DNA of 64,000 nt from Antedon mediterranea (lineage: Eukaryota; Animalia; Echinodermata), in NCBI RefSeq assembly GCF_964355755.1, contig NC_092671.1:11656001-11720000 (forward strand), written 5' to 3'. The notes under the pieces were generated by a model, which worked only from the letters and a program-made list of their open reading frames with translations, was not told where the DNA came from and ran no database searches. How positions within the stretch are numbered: the first letter of the stretch is position 1; each line of letters starts with the position of its first letter. The translations under genes and the position numbers were made by a program. Below are positions 55,601 through 64,000 of this stretch, piece by piece.

Positions 55601-58600
55601 TCTTTCGTTGCTTTGTCTTTCAAACTTTGCAACATAAATCTGTTTTGCAGTCATATCTCATGATGAGATTTTTATGTCATTGGTAATATTAAGAAACATA
55701 AAATATGACATTAATGAATGAAGGTCGTGATAAAACAGAGAACGATTGTCTTTAAGTTTTAGAGTCGTGGTCTACATATATTGTTATGGATTGATGTTCT
55801 TGGATTTTCTACTGGTGATAAAGTTAGATTATAAATTAATTATTCTTTTGGTACCGTTATTAATGTAGGATAGAATTTATTTAATGATATTTAAGCACAG
55901 TCAACAATAATGTTATTGATTTAGACTATTTATGTTAGTTAAGTTAGGCTTGGCCTACTCTGATGTATTTGTACTGAATGCTCAATATTGGAAACACTCT
56001 TTTAGGGAATGTGAGACTTGATCCGGCTACCTCATGCTCATGCTCGAATCCAAGTCGAGCTAGTGATCTGGTGGTTGTAGCTTCCAGTCTCACCAGAGAA
56101 TTACTCCCTTAAAAGTGCTCTCAAATCTACTGAGCATTCAACATAATCACGACAGAGCAGGACAAACCATACTTACTTATTTAACGCAAAGCTACTTTGT
56201 ATTAGTTAAATCATCATCATATGTTAGTTTATGTTCACTTTATAACATGTTAGTCACAGAGCATTGAACTCAGGTTATCAAGAACATTGAATCTATCTTC
56301 TACAGAATATTACTTTCACACATTGAATTCTGGTTTTATAGAACATTACGGTAATGAGATGAAAAATTGGTGACAGTGGACAAATTGCTGATTGGTCTAA
56401 TGACGAGGCATCTGCTTACCAAATGGAACACCTGGGTTCAAGTCTCTTATTAATATTAAGCATTTGGACTTACTATGAAAGTTATAAGAATAGCATTTCA
56501 ATTTTTTTTTAAATTAATGTTTAAACAAGTAGTATTAAACTTTTCAATTTATAGCCAGTTTTGTCAAAAAAAAATATAAAAACCGTCAATCATGTTAATT
56601 CAACAATCTTTCCAAAAAGATCAAATTGTCATTCACAATCATTGAAATCTCTAAAATATAATTTATTGTTTTGTAAAATGCATGTTTGCTAATAAAATAT
56701 TATTGAAAAACTTCAGAAAAGAAACAAATCCAAAAAGTTGAATTTTTTCGAGCACTGTAGATTTAGTGTAATCTGTTATAGACCTTTTTGCATTTAGTCT
56801 AAATCCCTTTAAATCCCTCTCTTAATTTTGAACAATGCATTCAGCTGTAAACAATGCCATTATGACTTCAAATGTACATGGTGTTGAATAAGTGGATTAT
56901 CTGTCATATAAAGAAGGATCACTATTAACGTCAAGTTTTGAAGTTGAGGCATTAAATTCATCTTTTAATATTTAAAATGTAAAAACTTTCTTAAATATTT
57001 TTTTGAATATTTTTAATATGGAATTTGGAAGAGATTATAAAACAACCATAGAGCATTTAAATATAACTAGAGAGGTAACTACGTGACAGCTATTATAGCT
57101 GTGATTGTGCTGGAGTTGACACTCTAGGGGTACAATACATCTATGGATACAAATGCTTTTCGATCAATCGTCATTTTGATCACTTCTGTCTCTTTTTTGA
57201 TTCAGTAGTTTTGAATGAAAATGGGAAACTCATGGTTTATTTAAGCATGGTTTATAATAAATAAAGCTCTGTCTACACTAATTTGATGTGCTCAAATATG
57301 GTAGTTATATGCCCAAATATGGTAGTGATATGACATCATCATGTCCATATATGGGCACATCACATTTTCTGTCACATAACATTTGATAGTGTAGACAGAG
57401 CTTAGTATTTTAGTGTACTTACTTGGTTTCACCAAGACTAAGCTCAATAGGACCATCAGGTTTGTCCTTGTACAATGAGATATTACCATTTGAGTTGAAT
57501 TTTGTGATGGGGCAAGGTAAATCATCCCCAGTTTCTAACGCTCTATGAACTTCTTCAGAGGTGACAGCTAGGTACAAAAAAAAAAAAAAAAAAATTAAAA
57601 CAATGAAAAGATGTTATTCCTCGGTTCTGTTAACAATATACAGCAATGCGGTGACATTAAACGCATACAATAACCTTTTAGCGTCACTAAAACATTCCAC
57701 TAGTCAAAATATTTTTCACCATGCTATGAAATGAACCATCTTGCTGGTATAATAATATAACTTTCACATGATTAAAACATTCAAGAAAAGAATAATAAAT
57801 AACACCATTGTTTTTTAAAAACTTTTCTTATCAATTGTTATTCATAATTTCCAAATATAATTCTTACATAAACGTAAATGGTAACATTTTAAAAAATGTC
57901 ATTACATCATGTCATACTTTTTTCATTTGTCTCACTCTTATATTTGGTATATTATCTTGTCATTTATACATTAAGAATAGGGCTAAACTGGAGTTTATCT
58001 CCTGTACACCTAATCCCAGTATAGCCTCATTATGATGCAAATGAAATCCAAACCATGAACACACAAAAACACTTACCAACATTATCTAATCTTTGTAAAT
58101 TTGGTAAAATTTTTAACACAGTCATTCTGTACATGTCACCTGCGGCGCAGGGATTGTCCGCCAGCCACAACACCCTCAACTTTGGAAGTTTGCGCAAGTA
58201 CCAGATCTCAGACAAATCCGCAATGCAATTTTTTCTTATGTATAACTCGACGAGGTTCGGACAGTGTGTGAAGTCTTCCAAAGTGGTGAGGCTGTTGACA
58301 CTTAAACCAATTATTTCCAGACTTGGCATCTGTCTTAGTATTGACACCTGAAAGACATTGCAACACAAATAAAATATGATGAAATTTATAAAATTGTTTA
58401 ACTGCATAGAAGGAGTTTGTGGTTCATTTCATAAACTTGCAAAACAAGTTTGCTTATGTGGTAAAAATGAGAAATATTGGTATATTTTACTTTTTTACTC
58501 TTATGGAGTGTACCAAGCAATTGTTTATGTGTATATGTTATATTTAAATTTTAATAATAATACTTTGTTAGGAAGGTACACTTTTTGAAAAAGTCACTGG

Positions 58601-61002
58601 CACACTTCTGAATGAAGGTGCGTCCAGAGTATTAGATTTCGCAATCTTTTTTATCCTCTTATTTCCCAACTTCTTTTTTATCTTCCTTCATTTTGCATAA
58701 CTTTTACATCTCGTTGCAAATTTACTGCCCATTCCAGGGTGCATAATGTTTTGCTATCCCTGGATCTGCAGCTAGGCACTGTGGCATGTTTTATGGGAAT
58801 CATGCATCTATGTAAAAGACTATAACTGGTAATAAACTCACACATAACATTATATACTTCTATTAAATTTCAACTTAATAGCAGTTAGCTATTATGAAAA
58901 AATATAAATAAATTTCAGTTACTATACTAAAGTATGAATCAAATCTTTGGACACAAAATGTTTTTAAGGTTTTTATATTGCATAATATAAAATTGCAATG
59001 GACAGTTTCATTATTAAATATATATTGTTACAATTGTATTAATACAGGTATAAATATTATGCATTAGAATAATGGAAAATGCATTACTAATACCAAATCC
59101 ATATGCAAGTAGACAGAGCTTTTTATAATTGAGATGTAGATGTAGTAAATGATAAGTTCAGGATTTGCAAAAATGAGGTTAACTGCCATCATGTGTATAG
59201 TCAATGTATTAAAAGCTATAAAATGTCTATAAGCCTAAAGAACAACATCGAGTCTAATATGAACAATACACTGTAACAACTTACAGAGCCCTCAGGGGCA
59301 AGTCACGAACAATATGTTAATAGTTTGTCATATATAGGTAGGCCTAGGGACAAGAAACAGTTCAATAATAATATTAATATAGTCAGCGATAACTTGTCCT
59401 AGAGATCTTACAGTCAATGCCCTCATTAATTAAAAATCCATGTTAAGTTTACAGAAATAATATTTTGATTGGAGACCAAATTAAATGAAACAGAAAGATG
59501 AAAAGTTGTTATTATTTGGCTTTGTTTAATCATATAACTACTTTAGCTACGTTCATTGGCTCTTTTTTCTATTGGAGGTAAATTGAGGTAAATTGAGGTA
59601 AATTGAGGTCTATAGGAGTTTCATTGCAGTTTAACTTGTTCTGTACTTAAATGCAGATAAATCTGATATACAGTATCAAGATTCAAGACATTTTTTTTTG
59701 GTCCACTTAGTAAAATGGAAATTAATTTTGCTTGGCATAATTTAGAAAATAATTTAGAAAATAATAAAAAAAATACATCAAATTGCAGAAATGATGGGAA
59801 GTGCTTGTCTATTAATATACATTCTGAAGTTCATTGGATGTACCTCTGACATAAAAACAGTCCACAATACAGGTTTAAAAGTAAGTTTTTGAATGTGCAT
59901 TGCCACCAGTACAGCTTTCTCTAATTTTTTACAAGAACATGAACTTGCAATGTACAGTACTGGTACAGATCCAAATAATGCATGGCAAGAGATAGAAAAT
60001 TAACCAATCAAATAGCAAGGATACATTGATGACATTAAGAAATAAACTTTTGATCTCTGACTAAATTCATAAGATGAAATAGTCATGGAATACTATTTGT
60101 CGCCAAAACCTAGAATTGCTTTCCTAATAAGATTACTATTATTGAAGCGGGTAAATTAGTTTTGAAGATGAGATATTTCAATTTGTTATTGATTTTCAAT
60201 ATTTGCATTCTCAGAACATATGAATTTGTAACACAATTAGCCAAGCTATGAATAACTTATGATCATATTTCTTTAATAAGCCTAATCTCAGGGCTGTTAA
60301 CTTGGACGTGTTAAGTCAGCCATGGGTAAGTGCCCTGGTAATAATGTGTAACATTGGAAAGCCCATTTAAAGTAAAAAGAAATGTTCTCATTGAATGGAA
60401 CATCTTACATTACACATAAATATGTGTTTGTGTACAATTCATAATAGGTAAGTTAACCCATTTTAAATTCAGATTATTAAGATATATTACTACAGTAAAC
60501 TCTTCAATACCGGACACACTTGGGTTGGGCTTATTGTTTGGTTGTCTAAAAAGTCTGCAAATGTGCTTTTAATGATAAACATTTTGGACATGATCGAGAA
60601 GAATCGGGTATTGTTAGAGTTTATTATGTTTAAAAGAGGAAGAAACAAGCCCCTTTTTTCTCAATAAACCTGTCATACTATACCAGTAACTAATACTTTG
60701 ATAGCAAAGTTTAAATTTATATGTATTATCTGTATAAAATTTATGATATCTAGACGACTGACGATGATGCACTACAGAAGTTGGACTACGATCAAGGTTT
60801 ACAGCAGTTGATGGATCGAGAGAATTTCATGAAATCTAATGATTGCTTTCTGCTTAGCAGTAAGTGGGTTATCAATTTAATCCACTGTTTTCGCCATTAA
60901 GTGATCCATTCTAATACAAGAGGTTGTATTTCCAACGAATATTAACTTTGGCGTATACGAATTGGTAAGAAAAAGATACTTACATCCGTCAAACAGGCAG
61001 CC
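49619..61002 (-). CDS. CFAP410: Cilia- and flagella-associated protein 410 (C21orf2), 5' exon outside the window
   Basis: In-phase exons 60984-61002 (19 nt, ...AACLTD), 58077-58347 (LRR: LSVNSLTTL, ELYIRKN, LRVLWLADNPC, YRMTVL...LQRLDN), 57423-57567, 55104-55197, 49619-49723 (NVLQAVLALVKELD...*). Confidence 0.93.
52860..53180 (-). mobile_element. tRNA-derived SINE with Deu/Nin core domain
   Basis: A box TGACCGAACGG, B box GGTTCGAGGC, core GGATAAGGACTATAAACCGTAGGTCC...GCACTTTAAAGAACC...GAGTAGGGG, AT-rich tail; tail copy at ~18925-19005. Confidence 0.8.
57262..57404. mobile_element. MITE, same family as 13116, close to a CFAP410 splice donor
   Basis: AAAGCTCTGTCTACACTA...TAGTGTAGACAGAGCTTA inverted termini. 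Confidence 0.85.
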
Positions 61003-64000
61003 CTGAAAGATATAAACAAAAAATGTCATTATTATTTATTTATAAAAATGTTCACATAATGGAATGTTCAATGTTTTTGGGTATGCGAAATGTAAGAAAA
61101 ATGAAAGACAAATGGGAATCGATATTTACAAAAATATACGGTATAAATAGGCCAAATAATACATGGAAAATAAATATATAGAATATGAAAACTGCAATGT
61201 TTTTGGAAAAATATAAATAAATGTAAGTTTGTATTTAATACTATAGAAAATAATCGATAAGATCAAAGTTTCTCTTTCTCTCTAAGCTTTCTTTTTCATT
61301 GAAGAGTATAAACATTATTTCTTGAACAATCATATTTGAAATTTCTAAGGAATTTGATTTCAAAAATTAAAAGGAAGTTATTTCAAAGCAATTTCTTTCT
61401 ATGAAGCTGAAAATAAGCTTTTGTTATGAACCAATTTAATAGGACTTCAAACAGCTGCCGTAGACAACGCACTGAATGAAATTTCAAGCTTGACGACACA
61501 AGCCTGCCACAAAATGGCAACGACTGTATCCCAGTGTGTGTTTTGCACCTATTGATGTAAAATACAATCGTTTACTGTCGCCAATATTGTAGTGAGAAGA
61601 TACAATGTATTGTAAAGACAATACAGATATGTAAATAGAGGATGCTTACTTAATTATATAACATGTCATCAGTTGATAATAGTATTTATATCAGTCCCAG
61701 ATGATTTATAATGCTTTTGCAGATAGATTACATTGAATCATGAAAATTAGATAACAGGGGAATGTGTTAATGACAACAAGAATAGATACTATACTAGTTT
61801 ACAGTTCGAAAAAACAGCACTACAAGCAGTTCTTCCAGTGTGGAGGCTTTTTTCAAAGTTCTGGTTTCTTTATTATTGGGCATTTTATAGCGAAATTTTT
61901 TAAATTTTAAATCACTATATTTTCCTACAGTATTATCTATTTGATTTATTTATTGTTATTGGCCACATTGTAGTACTAGTAGTAGTATGGTTCGTATTTA
62001 AGTTATTTATTTATTATTTTTGTGAACAAAGTTAATAAAACATCAGGCACGAGTGAAGATGTATTTTGCTACTATCTAATGTATTTGTATGATTCTAATA
62101 TATTTATTCATAAATTATCATGGGCCAGTATTTTAAAGTATTTTGTTATGGAAATAAATATTAATATTGTAGTTTGTATTTGAGTTAATAAATTTTTTTT
62201 GTGAACAAAGTTAATGAAATATCAGGCATGAGTGAATTTGTAGTAGTACAGTACAAGACTAATTGAATGTCAAATGGCTTAAGTGGAGCAGAGTACCCAG
62301 AGTATTCACAATGTGCAATTACAGATAAAAAGTAAAGTCCTCCTGTACCAAGTCAACAATAGGAATAAACAATACGTAATTATAGGGATCGCCGATTGTG
62401 GTTACAGCCTTGACCACATGAGGTAATATTATGCGAAAACGCAATAAAATCTAAACAATTATAGGAAAGAATGGTCAGATATTAAACAATCAGGAATATT
62501 AATGTTAAGAACATCTTCACATTTCCAGGGATTAACCAGGGAGGAATCCTCTATGGAATAACAGAGTACATAGTTCTGGACTTAAATCTGTTTGGAATTC
62601 AACAAGACCCTTTACAAATTCAACTCAAAATAAAAGAATACGTTTTAAAATAAACATATTTGAGTAAAAAAAACTTCATCCAGATTATCTCAGTCAATTT
62701 ATGATAAAAACAATTTCAATAAAAAGTTTAATCTATCAGAAATTATTCAAAAATCTTTTCAAATTTTTCTATAGATATTGTACCAAGGGACTCCAAATTA
62801 GATCATGATGGATTATGATATAACAACCATAAACAATAAATGCCTAAAATAGCATTACATTTTATGTTCAGGCAATTTCAAAATTGATTCTTTTTGACAT
62901 GACTAAGCATCAAGATATTTTTACTTGATCTTATAATACAAGAAATAAAATTTAAACAGGTTCTGAAGGATTTATTTTTATTCTAACTGTAAGATGTTTG
63001 AAAGGTTTTAATAAAGCCTTGAAAATCTTGTTTCAAATAGCTAAAAATCAAAAGGCTGCAAACTACTGTAACCATAGTGTTTTCCGTTTTACAAATTAAT
63101 ATTGTAGCGCCGCCGACATTAACATATTGTCTTTGATTAATTACAATCGTCATTGTGCCAGAGAAAAGAAATGTTAAACACAACAAATAAAGAAAAATAT
63201 CACTTTCATTCAAAGTGTTAATATTGAGTAACTTTCGGGAATGCGACTACAAAACGATATTAAATCAATCAATTCACAGCAGTAATAGGAATACTGAAAC
63301 ACTACAAATTATTACATAATACATGGATCTGTTGAAAGAAATAGAGTAAATTAAGTTATAAAAATCTTCAACTAGGAATCTGGTTTTGTCAATTATGTGT
63401 GGAAACAAATACAGACAAATCTGAACTTTAGGCAATAAGTGGAAAAATATGAAAATATGTTTTATTAAGTTATAGCAGCATCGGTAACATTCATCCAACA
63501 AGCGTTTTTACAATGACACATATAATCAAAATAAATAAAAAGAAATATAAAGGAATTACAGCACATTTGTATACTACTGTACTGTAGGTTCAAAAGTCAT
63601 TATGGAAAAATTGTTCTATCACGGTTGCTTAGTTTCTGACAAGTTAAAAGGCCTAAAATACAGTAAAACTTTTAAAATGTTTACGGAAGTAGTTTAAAAT
63701 GTCTATCAAAAAGACAAATAGATTATTTTGTATTTAAAGCATTCACAGTTTTCTAAGATATCTGTATGAAGTAAAACACAATTAGGCCACAAATGCAATT
63801 TTCTAAAAGAACAAAAGACTTGCCATGAAAGATCAATCTCGCCAACAATAGATCACAAGGCAGTGTGAATCTTCAGTAACAAACATTACTAATCAGGTTT
63901 TTAGAAATTCTCTCTATTGAAATTTTATCTCAAGATTTTAGTGAATTGGAAAGAAAGAAAGTTTATTTTATTTTTATACAGATTTCAGGTTTAATGTTCC

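Overview
AT-rich, intron-containing animal genomic DNA, probably an invertebrate deuterostome (inferred from a Deu/Nin-domain SINE and an invertebrate-type TRPM2). Four protein genes: CCT5 (minus strand, 3' end outside the window), a divergent TEX49/SPMIP11-like gene (plus), a long TRPM2 with an intact Nudix box and three candidate alternative N-terminal exons (minus), and CFAP410/C21orf2 (minus, first exon outside the window). Main non-coding results: (1) six box H/ACA snoRNAs, one in each of six consecutive CCT5 introns, in two subfamilies (A-A-B-B-A-A) whose pockets match 18S rRNA U109 and U1367 (human numbering); (2) a tandem pair of minimal hammerhead ribozymes (Penelope/retrozyme-like, 184-nt period) antisense in a TRPM2 intron; (3) a 15-nt TRPM2 microexon. 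TRPM2 introns also hold a young Ty3/Gypsy element nested in a Helitron, nested DNA transposons and tRNA-derived elements. All calls were made by eye; reference-sequence comparisons are from memory and need database confirmation.
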